64,000 bases of DNA from Felis catus. Lineage: Eukaryota. Every line of letters starts with the position of its first letter. Within the stretch, counting starts at the first letter, position 1. The position numbers were made by a program, and so were the translations under genes. The notes beneath the pieces were generated by a model. The model saw only the letters and a program-made list of their open reading frames with translations, was not told the origin of the DNA and did not search any database. Shown here one piece after another: positions 1-13,642 of this stretch. The DNA is taken from contig NC_058369.1 in assembly GCF_018350175.1 (NCBI RefSeq), forward strand, positions 27,902,001 through 27,966,000, written 5' to 3'.

Positions 1-2199
1 TGAGAAGATTAGATGACAGAACTATTAATAGTAACTACAACTATATCAATGTGTTGATGAAGGCACAATATAAAAAGAGGTAAAGGGTGACATCAAAACA
101 TAAAAAGGGGAGATTAAAGAACAGAGTTTTTGTATGCAATCAAAGGTAAGCTGTTATCAGCATAAAATAGACCATTAGATCTAGAAGATGTTTTATGTAA
201 GCCTCATGGTAACCACAAAGCAAAAACCTACAGTAGATATACAAAAGACAAGGAGAAGGGAATCAAGACATAGCACCATAGAAAATCATCAACTCACAAA
301 GGAAGACAGAAAGAGAGGAAGAAAGGAATAAGAGAAAAGCTTAAGATGGCATTAATACAAAACAATTTTTAGGAAATTTAAGAAGGTTGAAATCATACCA
401 AGGATTTGTTTTCCCCACCACAATGGAATGAAATCAGAAATCAACAAGAGGAAAGCTGGAACATCTACAAGCTTCTGGAAACTAAACAACACCATCCTGA
501 ACAAACAACAGGCCAAAGAGGAAGTTGAAAAAATATCTGAAAACAAATAAAAATGGAAACACAACACAGTCACACCTATGGGATGCTGTAAAAACAATTC
601 TTAGAGGGAAGTTTATAGTGATAAATACATATAGGAAGATCACAAATAAATATCCTGGCTTTACACCTGAAGGAACTAGCAAAAGAAGTCCAAAGATAAC
701 AAAACGAAGGAAGTAACAAAGATGAGAGCAGAAATCAATGAGGTAGAAATCAGAAACACAATAGAAAAGATCAATACAACTAAGAGCTGATTTTTTTGAA
801 AGATAAAACAGACAAACTGTTAGCTAGACTAAGGAAAAAAAATACTAAAAATCATAAATTAAAAATATATTACAAATGATACTACAGAAATACATAGGAT
901 CATAACAGACTACTATGAACAATTATATGCCAATAAACCAGATAACCTGGAAGAAATGAACAAATACTTCTGTAGAAACACATAACGTACCAAAGAATGA
1001 ATCACAAAGGAATAGAAAATCTGAAGACACTAATAATGAGTAAGGAGATTTTATCACTAATCAAAATCTTCCCAACACAGAAAAGCCCAGGAACAAATGG
1101 CTTCACTGGTGAATTCTACAAAACTTTTGGAGAAGAATTAACACCAATGCTTCGTAAACTGTTTCAAAATACTGAACAGGGAACACTGCCAAAACCATTT
1201 TACAAAGCCAGCATAACCCTGATACCAAAACCAGCTAAGGACACTGCAAGAGAACAGACCAATATCCCTGAAGAATATAGATGCAAAGATTCTTGACAAA
1301 GTAATAGAAAGACAAATTCAACAATACATTATCAATAACACATTAAAAGGATCATATACCATAACTATGTGGGATTTATTGTTGGGATTCAAGAATGTTT
1401 CAACACAGACTAATCAATAAATATGATACATCACATTAAATACAATGAAAGACAAAAATCATATGATCATTTCAACAGGTGCAAGAAAAGTATTTGACAA
1501 AATACAACATCATTTCATATGAAAAACTGTCAACAAATTGGGTACAGAAGAAACATACCTCAACATAATAAAGGCAGTATATGGTAAACCCACAGATAAC
1601 ATGATACTCAATAATGAAAGATTGAAAGCTTTTCCTCTAAGCCCAGGAACAGGACAGTGGGGCCCACTCTTATCACTCCTGGTCAACATAGTACTAGAAG
1701 TCCCAAGCAGAGCAAGTAGGCAGGTCAAGGAAATAAAAAGCATCCAATCCGAGCAGGAATTAACCTGTTGTTAATTACAGGTGATATGTTCTTATATATA
1801 AAAATTCCAAAAGACTCAACCAAAATACCCTTTAAACTAATCAACAAGTTCAGTAAAGTTGTAGGACATAAAATCAACATACAAGCGGTTGTGTTTCTAT
1901 ACAGTAACAACTAAATATCTGAAAGAGAAAATTAAAAAAAAACTATCCCATTTTCAATGGCATGAAAACCAATAAAATGCTTAGGAATAAACATAACTGA
2001 GAAGGTAAAAAAAAGTGCACTCAAAAAATTAAAAATAGAACTACCATATGATTCAACACATTTATGGGTATATACCCAAAAGAAATGAAATGAGAATCTC
2101 AGAGGTATCTACATTCTAATTTTCAATATAGCATTACTCACAACAGCCATAATAGGTAAACTGCCTAAGTGTCTATGGAAGAATGGATAAAGAAGATAT

Positions 2200-2200
<1 letters not shown>

Positions 2201-2246
<46 letters not shown>
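2201..2246. repeat. (GT)23 microsatellite inside the L1
   Basis: direct reading. Confidence 0.98.
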
Positions 2247-2250
<4 letters not shown>

Positions 2251-2535
2251 ATTCAGGCATAAGAAGAAAATCCTGCCATTTGGGACAACATAGACTTCAA
2301 GGGCACCATGCTAAGTGAAGTCAGAGAAAGACAAATACTGTAAGAGAGTACTTATATGTGGAATCTAAAAAGGCTGACGTCACAGAAACAGAGTTTAGAA
2401 TACTGGTCACCAGGAGCTTGGGGGTAGAGGAAGGAGGGAGATGATCAGCAAAGGGTAAAAACTTCCATTATAGTTAACAGTACTGTATTGTACACAGGTA
2501 AGTTGCTAAGAGAGTGTTATCTTAAATGTTCTCAC

Positions 2536-2541
2536 CACACA

Positions 2542-2583
<42 letters not shown>
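2536..2583. repeat. (CA)n microsatellite with one interruption, inside the L1 3' UTR
   Basis: direct reading. Confidence 0.97.
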
Positions 2584-2586
<3 letters not shown>

Positions 2587-2883
2587 AATTATGTGAGATA
2601 ATGGAGGTATTCACTACTCTTTTAATTATTCTACAGTATATACATATATCAAATCAACACATTGTATACCTTAAGCTTACACAATGCTATATGTCAATTA
2701 TATATTGCTAAAGCTGGAGAAATATAATTAGGGAAACACCAACAAATCTTTCACCAACTGGAAGTCAAAGGAATACAGTACTCAAAGCCATTAACAATGC
2801 CACACTTAAAACTAGCAGAAGCCAGTGGATTTAATAAATGTTAATTACTTGGTTCAACCCAGATAAATCAGGAGACAGTTTTT

Positions 2884-3092
2884 AGTTCCAACAGAACTTT
2901 CTGTGATAATAGACACATTCTGTATTTATTCTGTCCAAAATAGTATCCACTAGCCACATATATCTCTTGAGAATTGGAAATGGGGCTAGCATAACTAGAA
3001 AAAAAATTCTTAAATACTATTTAATAGCAATTAATTTAGGTTTCTATTTAAATAGCCAGAGAGTCTAGGAGCAACTATGTAGGACAGAGAAG
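2884..3092 (+). mobile_element. MER3-like hAT-Charlie non-autonomous DNA transposon
   Basis: ccaacagaactttctgtgataat...ccactagccaca...tttaaatagcca matches recalled MER3 consensus motifs. Confidence 0.8.
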
Positions 3093-4765
3093 TTCTAGAG
3101 TAACAGTGACCCAGCAAAACCCAAGAGAAGATGTTTGCAGATTAGTCAGATATTAATAAGAATATGGAAATACTCTCAAGTAGAATTTACCTGCATTCTA
3201 TGAAGTAATAAAAATGGCCTTGTGCAAGGTGCTGAAATTAAAATTCCTCAGGTTTTGAGGCTGTACGGTATAGAAACAAACATCTGACAACTGTCATATG
3301 GAAATGGACAATCCCCTGGCTAGTCAAGGTAAGGAAAGAGTAGGGAGTAATGCACGTTGAATAAACCAGAGCTCATGGTGGGGCTGGAGTATCCCAAGGA
3401 CTTGCAAACATTTGGAGAGTCAGGTTCCCCCACAGGCTGCCATCTTACAAACATGAGTACAGGGAAAGACTAATAGGAGGGAGAAGAGATTTCACTTGTA
3501 CAGGGAACTTGTTTACAGAAAAGTGCTGTATCAATCATGCATCACTGGAAGTCCTGCTGTGGCTTTCAATGCCAAGCCATAAAATCTGTTCCCTGGAAAT
3601 GGGAACCCCTCTTGGCTACTGAGTGCTTTCTCTCCTTTGGGTGAAAGAGGTCATGGAAAGAAACCGAGAAGGTCAAAGCAAGGAAGAATGCAGGGAATTG
3701 AAAGAAGACCGGAAACAGGGAAAAGAAACAGAGGTAAAGTAGTAGAAGGACATAAAGTGCTCTTAAGGAGATGCAATGCTCCCAGGGAGAAAATAATGAA
3801 GAATCAGAGGGGAGCAAGCGAGAGCATGCCCGAGCAGCTAGCAAGGACCTTTGGGAACTTATGTACAAAATCACAAATTACACACATGCTCCCTAGGGAT
3901 GAAAAATGCTACCCATAAAACTAAGTACCTATTATTAAATAGAAAGAGGGGAGAGAAAAAAGAGTCAGGAAAACGATACAGTAAGCCAAGGCCAACACGA
4001 AACAAAACAAAGCTAAAGCAACTTGACCTAGAATCTAACAGGAGTGAGTCACTCAGTTCAGAAAAAAATGAAAATGCCAGACAAACATACTAGCACAATC
4101 AGCTGAGACAAAACTGAATGCATTAGTACAGATATTGGTAGCTCAGAGGAATTTCTTATAATCAATTTGTCTCTAACACTGTAGTTTCAAATTAAAAAAC
4201 AAAACAAAGCAAAACCTTAAGTACAAGCTATGCTTCTAAATGCATTCCCTTCACATAGCAGTAGGTCAAAACAAACAGGCTTACCAGGGCTAGAAAACAG
4301 ACAAATTCCATCTTGTAACACACCATGGAGTAAGGTGTTTATTGAAAGTACCAGCTTTAGCACCGTTGTTTTGCACTTTGAGGTTAGGGATTTCTGAATC
4401 AGTTCCTAAGGTATTACTACTACCCGTGCTTTCAACAATGTCTGCCGAGATATAATTAGGCCAAACCAAGTGACACCCTCATGTCTGTCTCAGGTACAGA
4501 TAAAGAATTCTCTCCCTATCAAGATCTCTCTCTCCCGCCGTCTAAAAAGGATTCCCACAAAAATGCTGTCATTTCCTTTGCTTTATCACAATTACATTTT
4601 GGTGTAAGACTGGGTCAGAGCAGTGAATCCGAGGGGAGGCCAGAAATTAACCCCCCCCCCCGAGTATCTTTAGTTGCTGGTACATTACACAAGATTAATA
4701 TCACAAAGGGAATTTCCTAGTGTCCTTCGATGCCAACAGTTCTGACCATGGAAATGGATACTTAC

Positions 4766-4833
4766 AACTGCTTTCATTTCCACTGCAGCCTTGGGTACCA
4801 GCCTTATACTCAACATGAGGGGCCCTCAATTAC
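4766..4833 (-). other. Candidate small exon (68 nt), probably non-coding
   Basis: minus-strand donor GCAGTT|gtaagta; weak acceptor atgaaatag|G; stops in all frames from the acceptor. Confidence 0.2.
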
Positions 4834-5254
4834 CTATTTCATAAACAATATAAGATGAAATTTCAGCTAAGGAAGAATTTAAGAGAAGTGAAGAAAGACA
4901 CGGGACTAATTAGTGTCTGAGACACAAATGGAATTTCTAATTCCCACACCTGGTTCTTCAGCGTATACCACCTGTAATAAAGCCCATCTTTTTTTTTTTT
5001 TCATTTAAGAATTGTTAAACTTCCCCAATGGGTCCTCAAGGAAAACCATCACTAGTGTAAGGAAGCACAGATTTAACAAGTCAGATTTACTTCTTCAACC
5101 CTAAGTTTTAAATAACACTTTATTCACTATTTAAGGCTTCCCACCTCACTCCACCTCCCTCCCCCAAAATCTCTTCCTCAGGACTCTAGACCCACATGAT
5201 GTACCCTGAAGAAAGCCTTTCACAGAGCAAACAAAGCAGGAAAATTTCAAGTAC

Positions 5255-5460
5255 TAAATTATCTTCCTGGATATTTGCCATGGAAGGAACATCTTAAAGG
5301 TTCTGAGAAGTTCTGCAGTAAAGAAAGAAGATTTTTCCCCTAGCCTTCTCCCAAATGGTTTGGGCTTGGAATTGCTTTTTCTTTGTTCTCTCTATAAAAC
5401 CTTAGTTATCATCATCATCTATCTAGACAGACTCCCATAAAATACACTTCAGGAAACACA
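5255..5460. mobile_element. Degraded hAT-Charlie fossil (MER103-like)
   Basis: ggttctgagaagttctgcagtaaagaaa motif. Confidence 0.4.
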
Positions 5461-5594
5461 GGCACACCTGTAAGCTAATTATACTATAAGACTCTTAACA
5501 CACAGTAGGTATAACACAGAGTAGGCAAAAAGAAGAAAACAAAAGATTCTGCTCCTCAGAATTAGTTCTTCATGAGCAGAAAAACAAGAAAGAA

Positions 5595-5790
5595 CTAGCA
5601 TGTATTGTCATCTGCTGTGGGGTGACATTCCACGTGAAGTTTTTCAAACTCAGTGAATCATCACAATCCTATGGTGGTTATCAACATTCTGTTTCATGCA
5701 GAAGAGGACACCGAAGAGCAGGAATGTCTTAGGTCCCTCCCAGGGTCACAAGACCAAGAAATGGCAGGGCAGGGACATTAAAGCCCTGTG
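5595..5790 (-). mobile_element. MIR, degraded
   Basis: atcacaatcctatg...tgcagaagaggacaccga...cccagggtcaca core-like motifs. Confidence 0.55.
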
Positions 5791-6110
5791 CTGTATACCC
5801 TCAGCAACAAAGAAGTCATCTGTTCACACTACGCAGATCTCTGTGAAACTAGCCCATTTTGAAATATTTGTCCTGTGTGACATCACAATATTGTTAATGG
5901 TTCCCCTCTCTTTCCAACTGTCTGCTTAGTATAATGAAATGAAACCATTAAAATGGAAATTCAACTTGTTCTGTGACTTTGTCTTTGTCAGAATATGCCA
6001 AAGTAAATCAATGTGAGATTTTTGCAGGGCATGCCATTTTTTTTTTTTTAAGGAATAGGGTCTTTCTGCCAGGATAGAAGCCTCTACAGAAATTAAGATA
6101 TATAGCTACA

Positions 6111-6320
6111 GGGGCACCTGGGTGGCTCAGTCTGTGAAGCATCTGACTTCAGCTCAGGTCATGATCTCACCGTTCGTGAGAGGCTTGTGTTGAGCTCTGT
6201 GCTGACAGCTCGGAGCCTGAAGCCTGCTTCGGATTCTGTGTCTCCCTCTCTCTCTGCCCCACCCCAACTCCTACTCTGTCTCTCTCAAAAATAAATAAAC
6301 ATTAAAAAAATGTTTTTTAA
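6111..6320 (+). mobile_element. Carnivore SINE (SINEC_Fc family)
   Basis: ggggcacctgggtggctcagtc head, CT tract, aataaataaa tail, atatagcta flanking repeat. Confidence 0.95.
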
Positions 6321-6900
6321 ATATACATATAGCTATAGAACCTCAGATATCAGTCTGTGATACAGGTTTCTTTGGGTTACAAGAAACATGCAACAGGTTG
6401 TTTTGTTTTGTTTTTTAGGTTTAAGAAACCCAGTGACAGGTAAACAGGCAAGCCTGTGTGCCAAACTACAACCAACATCTCCAACACTAAAGAAACCCCA
6501 AGCTTCCTTTCATCTCTCCCTGACATCTTGGTCATTCTACCTTGGTCTCCTTGGTTTTTCTTGCTACGTGAGAGGAGAGAGCTATGAATAATTCTCCAGT
6601 AAATCACTCTTTCTTGACGGCTGAGACCAAGTAGATTCAAGGTAAAATCTGAGCCACAATTCTAAATGTTCTGAGGAACAGGCCTTGACCTTTGGTGCAG
6701 CTTTCCATGATGGGTGCTCTGGCACATACACATGGCCAGTGGAAATCTCCTAACAGTTAACCACACAGATTGGGGAAGAGCCATGTCCAGACATCATGAT
6801 AGGTGATGCCATCCAGGTGACAAAAAGAATCTATGAGGACTTGAACAAAAGCACACAAGCCCTTCAATTAAAAAAAAAAAAATCACAATATCCAAGTGGT

Positions 6901-7108
6901 GTCTTCTGTTTTGGTTTTTGTTTTTTGTAAGTGAGAGATAGAGGCCATGGAGGGGTCCGGGGAGGGGGTGAGGGAGAGAGAAAATCCCAAGCAGTCGCCA
7001 TGCTCAGCACAGAGCTGGAAATGGGGTTTGATCCCAGGACCCTGGGATCATGACCTGAGCAGAAACCAAGAGTTGGATGCTCAACCGACTAAGCCACTCA
7101 GGCGCCCC
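6901..7108 (-). mobile_element. Carnivore SINE
   Basis: reverse head ...ggcgcccc; TSD tccaagtggt at 6891-6900 and 7109-7118. Confidence 0.93.
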
Positions 7109-7270
7109 TCCAAGTGGTTTTCAACTAGGAAGATCAAAGGGGAGGGTGAACAGTGAGTCAAGTTTTAAATGAAAACTAGAGAAATCTACCATGCTGTTAT
7201 AATAAAAAGACCCCAACTCGTGCTTATACTGAAGACATCAAAAGGATAGAGGGGAAACAACCTTTCATAC

Positions 7271-7672
7271 CTGCCAGAAAATCATGAAAACATGACAGGG
7301 TGGTTTGGGTTTGCCAGAATTAAGGGCCACCTGCGGTTCCACATGTCGCCCCATCCCAATCCCAGTCCTTGAAAGAAACAAAAAGGAAGCTGAAGGAATT
7401 TTCACTGAGACAAAACAAATCAAAAATGGAATCTGCCAATGAATTTTTTCTGTTCTGCAAGAAACATCCTGAAGTACTGCTGCTAACAGCTTCTTTATGA
7501 TTTTTTACCTCCTTTTTTCTTTTTTGTCTTAGGCGTTCAGGATGATGTTTTATTTTTTTAATGCTAATTTTAATTAGAAAAACAGGGCATATGTTGTAAA
7601 AATGAAGAGAGGTCATTTCTGACTTGGTGTTGATTCTCCTCCAGAAAAAGTAACGAGCGTTCTTTTCAGAAC
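7271..7672 (-). other. Candidate exon of an unidentified minus-strand transcript (402 nt; alternative internal acceptor gives 7271-7367, 97 nt)
   Basis: acceptor tttggtcttttatttag|GTTCTG at 7672; second acceptor ctttttgtttctttcaag|GACTGG at 7367; donor TGGCAG|gtatga at 7271; repeat-free between two SINEs. Confidence 0.45.
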
Positions 7673-7900
7673 CTAAATAAAAGACCAAATATAAATTCTA
7701 GAATTCAAATCTGTAGCCAGGTGGACCAAGCACAATTTTCATAATTTCTCTTTAAATGACTAGATTATAAAATTAAATAGAGAGAACTAAGTATCCTGAT
7801 ATGACCTCATATTGCATGTATAAAATTTAAAATAGTCTATATATTTTAATCAAACTAACCATGCTGTGTTTGGTAATCTTGAAATTTAATTTCCTATTTT

Positions 7901-8134
7901 AGTTTGTTTTTTAAGTTTTTTTTTCAAGTTTATTTTGAGAGAGAGAGAGAGACAGACAGATAGGCAGACAGAAAGCAGGGGAGAGGCAGAAAGAGGGAAA
8001 GAGAGAATCCCAAGCAGGCTCCACACGACTGGCACAAAGCGTGATGTGGGGCTCAAACTCACAAACCAAGAGATCATGACCTGAGTTGAAACCAGGAGTC
8101 GGACACTTAATTGACTGAGCCACCCAAGTGCCCC
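7901..8134 (-). mobile_element. Carnivore SINE
   Basis: reverse head cccaagtgcccc, GA tract, T-rich tail. Confidence 0.95.
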
Positions 8135-9132
8135 TTATTTTCTATTTTAAAATACGATTCAGCAAGAAAAGTTACAGTTCTCTGATACTGCCATGAATTA
8201 AACTGTTACACTGATGGGGGCTTCTAACCAAACACCTATGTGAAATCACAAAGAAGTCTGAATGTTATAAAGAATTTCTACAATGATTCTACAGACTACA
8301 GATTGTCATCTTCATTTGAAAGATGGGGCCACCTAGATTCAGAAAGGTAGGGTATCTTCTCAAGAACATACAGATAAAGGTTTAGGGATCCCAGCCCCAT
8401 TATAAAGCCAGGACCATCCCTGTTACCAGTAGCATTTAGAAAAAAGAGGAGCAGAGTTTAGGTTATCGGTAAAGATATCTTTGTAAGTACAAACCCCCTT
8501 GTAATAATAAAAAGTAAAACTCGGTACTGTTGTGATTTGGTCTCATATTGTCAAGTTGAAACAGTTCAAAGCTCTTCAGCATTTACTGACTTTAATTTCT
8601 ATTCCCATAGCTCTTTATAGCCTACATGAATGATCACATTATCTTATTATGACACTATCATGCCCTTCGTTTTTAATAGGTATTTATTAATTTATTCTAT
8701 ATCTCACTTCAAATGAAATTTGAGGTGTTTTCTATCTTTGACACACAGCTCTCCAATGATCCCTAATTGATGTTACTGCCCTCATACAACTAGGCCTTAA
8801 CAACCCTACACATTCATGCAGCAACCCTCTCATATCTGCTTCTCTATAAACAAAAAATCAGGAATATGGAAGGGCTCAGATGGATAGTAGCACAAAATTC
8901 CTATAAAAGAGACATGTGTTGTTGGGTTGGGTTTCTCCAGACTCTCTGGGCAACATCAACTGTTCATGCACCCAAAGACAATCCATGGTGCATCAGCTCT
9001 GTCAGAGCAGGGCCTAGCGCCTTTAAATAGCGTAAGGCATGTCAGCAGATTGTTTCTGTTCATATTTAGCTGCATCTAGTCACATTAGGAAAAATCTTGG
9101 TTGGTTTTCTTTTTTAAAACTTGGTCCAAAGA

Positions 9133-9319
9133 GGGGTGCCTGGGTGGCTTAGTCAGTTAAGCATCTGACTTTGGCTCAGGTCATGATCTCATGGCTCATG
9201 AGCTTGAGCCCCACACATCTGCTGTCAGTGCAGAACCCACTTCAGACTCTCTGTCCCCCTATCTCTGCCCCTCCCTGTGCATTCTCTCTCTTTCAAAAAT
9301 AAATAAACATTAAAAAAAA
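9133..9319 (+). mobile_element. Carnivore SINE
   Basis: head ggggtgcctgggtggc; TSD-like aacttg(g/t)tc..aaaga. Confidence 0.95.
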
Positions 9320-9711
9320 GAGAACTTGTTCAAAGAGTATTAGGTCCTTCCTTTTGTTCTCTATGAAAGTGGACATGGGATGGGGGATAACAAGCAGAAA
9401 ATTAAAATCAAAGAAAATGTGAACAGGGTTTCTCTCCTTTAAAAGAGATCCTAGCAACAATTTAAGGAAGCTTTAAAGGAAAAAAATGATGTAGTCCTCT
9501 ATCTCTCTCAGCCTCTCATATGAAGTATCACTTTCAACAGAATGAGGTGAAATGGAAAATATCAAGAAAAACTGGAGTGGGAGTACTATTTTGTTTGGGG
9601 TCAACAACACCACTAACAACTTAGACTGAAACAGGCTCCCCAATCCTACCAGGCAGACCTAGATGGTCCGCAGACTGGACCAGAGAGTCCACAGACCCCC
9701 AAGCGACTTAC

Positions 9712-9790
9712 CAACGACTCTCTTACCAACACCTGGTCAAAGGTTCAAGTGCCTCACGTCACATTTATTCTTTTCAAAACCTTAAAGTGC
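9712..9790 (-). other. Candidate small exon with two tandem donors
   Basis: acceptor tgtttgcacctcag|G at 9790; donors GTTG|gtaaga (9727) and GTTG|gtaagt (9712). Confidence 0.2.
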
Positions 9791-9944
9791 CTGAGGTGCA
9801 AACATAACTGATAAAAGGATGTCAACACTCCTTTCCCTCCTAAGCGCCCCTTCATATTCAAGCCCAACTTTGTTCAATCACTTTTACTCAGGAAAAAACT
9901 TTCTTTCTCACCCCCAAAGATTTTGTTTTATTTTTGTTTGTTTT

Positions 9945-12426
9945 CAATAAGCTTTTTATTGTACGATAAACTTAAATCTACCAAAAACCCTACAAAAACA
10001 ATAGAGTTTCCATATATCCCACATATAGTTTCTACTATTATTAACATCATCCATTTGTATGGTAGATTTATCACAATTATTAAACCACCACTGATACATT
10101 ATTAACTGAAATCCATTCTTTATTCAGATTTCCTCAGTTGTTTTTTTTTTTTTTAACTTAATGTTCCTTTTCTGTTCCAGGATCCAGTGTAAGATACCAT
10201 AGTTAACAATGACTCATCATGTCTCCCAAGGCTCCTATTGGCTGTGATGGTTTATCAGACTTCCTTCCCTTTTTCTAGAGGCCTTGATAATTCTGAAGAC
10301 TACTGGTCAGGTAGACTGTACAAAGTCCACCAATTGAGACTTGTCTGATAACTTTCTCATAATTAGATTGGGATTACAGTGTTTGGGGAGGAACATCACA
10401 GAGGTGAGGCACTGTTCTTCTCACATCCTATCAAGGGTACATATCATCAAGATGACCTACCACTACTGGTGTTAATGTTGATCATCTCGCAGAGGAAGTC
10501 TTTTAAAGGCTTCTGAAGTTACTGCTTTACCCCCTTTCCACACTGTTCTCTTTAACAAACACACTATGTGCAGCACACTCTGAAGGGGTGCGGAGTTATG
10601 TTCCACTTCCTTGAGGGCAGAATATCTTCATTAATTATCTGGAATTCTCCTGCACAGATTATCCTTGTCTCCAATGTATTCATTTATTCAATCATTTATT
10701 TATATCCATACTACTGAAAGAATATTGTTTTATGCTTTGGGTTATAATCTGATACTATTTTGTTTTTTTGCTCAGAGTGATCCCTCTGCTACTGGGAGCT
10801 CTTGCAGTCAGTTCCTGTGTCCCTTTGACAAATCCCCATTATCATGAATGTATTGTGTTTTGTTTGTTGAGCACTTTCCTACTTGTTGGAACCACAAGCT
10901 GTTTCACATTAGGTTATCTATTTCTTGCCACCATCCTAGAATAAGCCATTTTTTTTTCAGGAGCTCTAGTTCTTTTCTTTGGAAAACGGTATTAGAAATC
11001 AGGCCATTGCTTCTACACCCCCTTAGCTGACAGAGTAAGGGAAAAATGGACCTGTTGTAACCAATGTATACATACATTTCGTAAAAAACTTCTGTATGTA
11101 ATCATCAGTATCTATATTAAGCTAAATAGAGTTGGATATTTTCAATTCTAATTAATTATTACAGGGATCATTCCAGCCTTCTTCCTTTCTTATCTGTGAC
11201 CTCCTACTTCAACAGTGAGAACCTGGCTCCCATCAACCACCACCCATTTACTTAATTGCTCAATTACAATATATATTGATAAAGTTTTCAGAATTGTTAA
11301 TCTGTAACCCTGTGAAAAACAATTTTATCAACCGGAGTATAGTACTCATGTGCAGTTAATTTTGCCTTTACTCTTACAGACTCCATTCATTTCCAATATT
11401 AGTAAATATGTTTCCTCTCATCTCCCTTTAGTAAGATTGTTTCATGCATTTATAATATATAAATTCTTTTGTGACATTCTGCATTCCATCCTGGTGTCCC
11501 TCAGACCTCCTAGAGGATTTCTTTTTTTTTTTTAATTTAGATACAGTAAGATTCACTCTTTGAGATGTAGAGTACTATGAGTTTTGACAAATGAAAAGTG
11601 TCATATAACCACCATTATTGCATCCTACAGAATAGCTTGACATCCCTAAAAAAACAAAACAAACAAAATCCCTTTGTTTCACCTACCGAATCTCACCCAC
11701 AAACCTCTGGTTACCATGGATCTCTTTACCATCTCCACAGTTTTGTCTGTACCAGAATTTCTTATAAATGGATCCATATACTATGTAGCCTTTTCAGCCT
11801 GGCTTCATTCCTTAGCATTTAACGCATTTAACATAGATCCATGCTTTTTTTTTTTTTTACATATATAGTTAGCTCATTTCTTTGATTGCTGAGAAGTGTT
11901 CCATTGTACAGATGCACCACAATTTCTTTACTCATTCACCTGCTGAAGGGCATCTTGTTTGATTTGAGTTTGGGGCAATTATGAATACAACTGTTGTAAA
12001 CACTACTGTACAGGTTTGTGGAGACAGAGAAATTTTCAGATCAGTTGGGTAAGTGCATAGAAGCACAATTGCTGAATTAGATGGTAAAAACTCTCTTTAG
12101 CTTTGTAATAAAGTGCAAAAATATCCTCCAAAGTAGCTGTAACATTCTATATTTTCATAAGCAATGAGTGAGAGATCTTGTGGCTTCACATCCTCTGTGG
12201 TAATGGTATTGTCAGTTTTTCAGGTTTTAGTTATTCTAATAGGTTTGTGGTGGTATCTCATCCTTGTTTTAATTTGTAATTCTATTGACATATGATATTG
12301 AGTATCTTTCCATGGGCACGTTTTCTATCTGTGTATCTTTAGTGAGGTATCTGCTCTGATCTTCTACTCACTTTTTAATTAACTTGTTTTTCTTACTGTT
12401 GAGTTGGAAGGATTTGTTCTGTATTC
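9945..12426 (-). mobile_element. Old LINE-1 3' portion (L1MD/L1MC-like): long 3' UTR plus ORF2 3' end
   Basis: ttcagatttcctcag...ttctgttccaggatcc 3' UTR motif; antisense ORF2 motifs gtggtatctcat, cagttgggtaagt, ctccaaagtagctgt. Confidence 0.9.
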
Positions 12427-12621
12427 TTTTTTTTTTAAGTTTTTAAGTTTATTTATTATTTGAGAAAGAGTGCACAAGTGAGAGAAGGGAAGAGATGGAG
12501 AAAGAGAATCCTAAGCAGGCTCCACACTGCTGGTGCAAAACCCAACACGGGGCTTGAACCCATGAGATCATGACCTGAGCCAAAGTCAGATGTTTTACCA
12601 ACTGATTCACCCAGCCGCCCT
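12427..12621 (-). mobile_element. Carnivore SINE at the end of the L1
   Basis: gagatcatgacctgagcc and reverse head. Confidence 0.93.
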
Positions 12622-13642
12622 GAAAAGAAGACTATTAGATCATCCTGCTGCTGGCGCCCTCAGAAGACTTCACAGGTTTCCTGTGAATCAGTGCAAACTG
12701 AAACACTGAATGCAGAACATGACCCCACCTCTCTTCTAATCAGTCTTCCATCTAAAGAGTGTGAGTGTTTACAAAAATGGCAGGCATCCTGCTGAGTCAC
12801 CAGCCCTGCCTATTACACTCACCCTGCTCCTGCACAAAGCCAGAAACCACCAAACAAGCAGGAAATAAATTCCAATCAACAGATTTATTGTCCTATTTCA
12901 ATACAAATCACAGTCTATTAAGAATAATGCACTCTAGTCCAGGTTCTGACAGTCAAAAATGCTGATTTAAGAAGAGATTTGTGTTCCTAATTTAATTCAT
13001 TCATTTGCATGTCTCTATTCTAAGTATGATATAATTCAGATTCACTGATCATAGTGGGTAATCACACCTTCTTTTCGTGGTTCAAACTGAGCTTTTTACA
13101 TCACAATTCTACTTGTTTACTTAGGGATGTTTATATATTATGGCTCTTGGATGATTGATAATTAGATGATAATAAAAAGAGAGGTTATTCAAGGGACCTG
13201 TGAAATGTCCCATATACTTTCAAAACAATGTATCAGTATCACAGGGACCATCGCAGGATTCTCCGCAACTGACAGGACCACACCATTCACACCTTTCGTC
13301 AGCACCATTTTCTGACTTCAACACAGAACAGCCCACCAAATGTGAGCTAGAACAGGCGCCAATGAATCTAAGGGGTCTTTTTTAAAAACCATTATTACCA
13401 TAAAGGCAAACAAGACTCAGTTCCTTCAAATTTAGACATTTCCACCTTGTTTCCTACCTCTCTCTCCTTGTATCTCACTCTTTTACTTGCTAAAAAAGGA
13501 ACACATTTTACTGTAGATGCTGACAGGCTTCTATCACATATTACACTGGGAGGGGGTATTTTTTAATTGAATGATGGTACTTTGTAAAGTTAGATATGAC
13601 AAGGAGTTTAAATTGGATTCAAAGTGTGTGAATTTTCTTCAG

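Larger units (their letters stand above)
1..2722 (+). mobile_element. Old LINE-1 (L1MA9/L1_Carn-like): inter-ORF region, decayed ORF2 with internal deletions, and 3' UTR; runs off the window start
   Basis: ORF2-like peptides KSPGTNGFTGEFYKTF (997-1296) and [19 protein letters not shown] (1538-1774); RT FADD motif decayed to ITGD near 1774-1785; 3' end ...atgtcaattatatattgctaaagctggagaaa; many stops and frameshifts. Confidence 0.95.

Noticed and set aside
997..1774. Reverse transcriptase-like ORFs as an active or novel RT system
   Set aside because: Ordinary decayed L1 ORF2 with broken frames and a lost catalytic motif
3192..3232. Minus-strand 41-nt exon-like segment
   Set aside because: Weak acceptor and donor; no recognisable peptide
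6111..6190. tRNA-like A/B boxes as tRNA genes
   Set aside because: These are tRNA-derived SINE heads followed by CT tracts and poly-A
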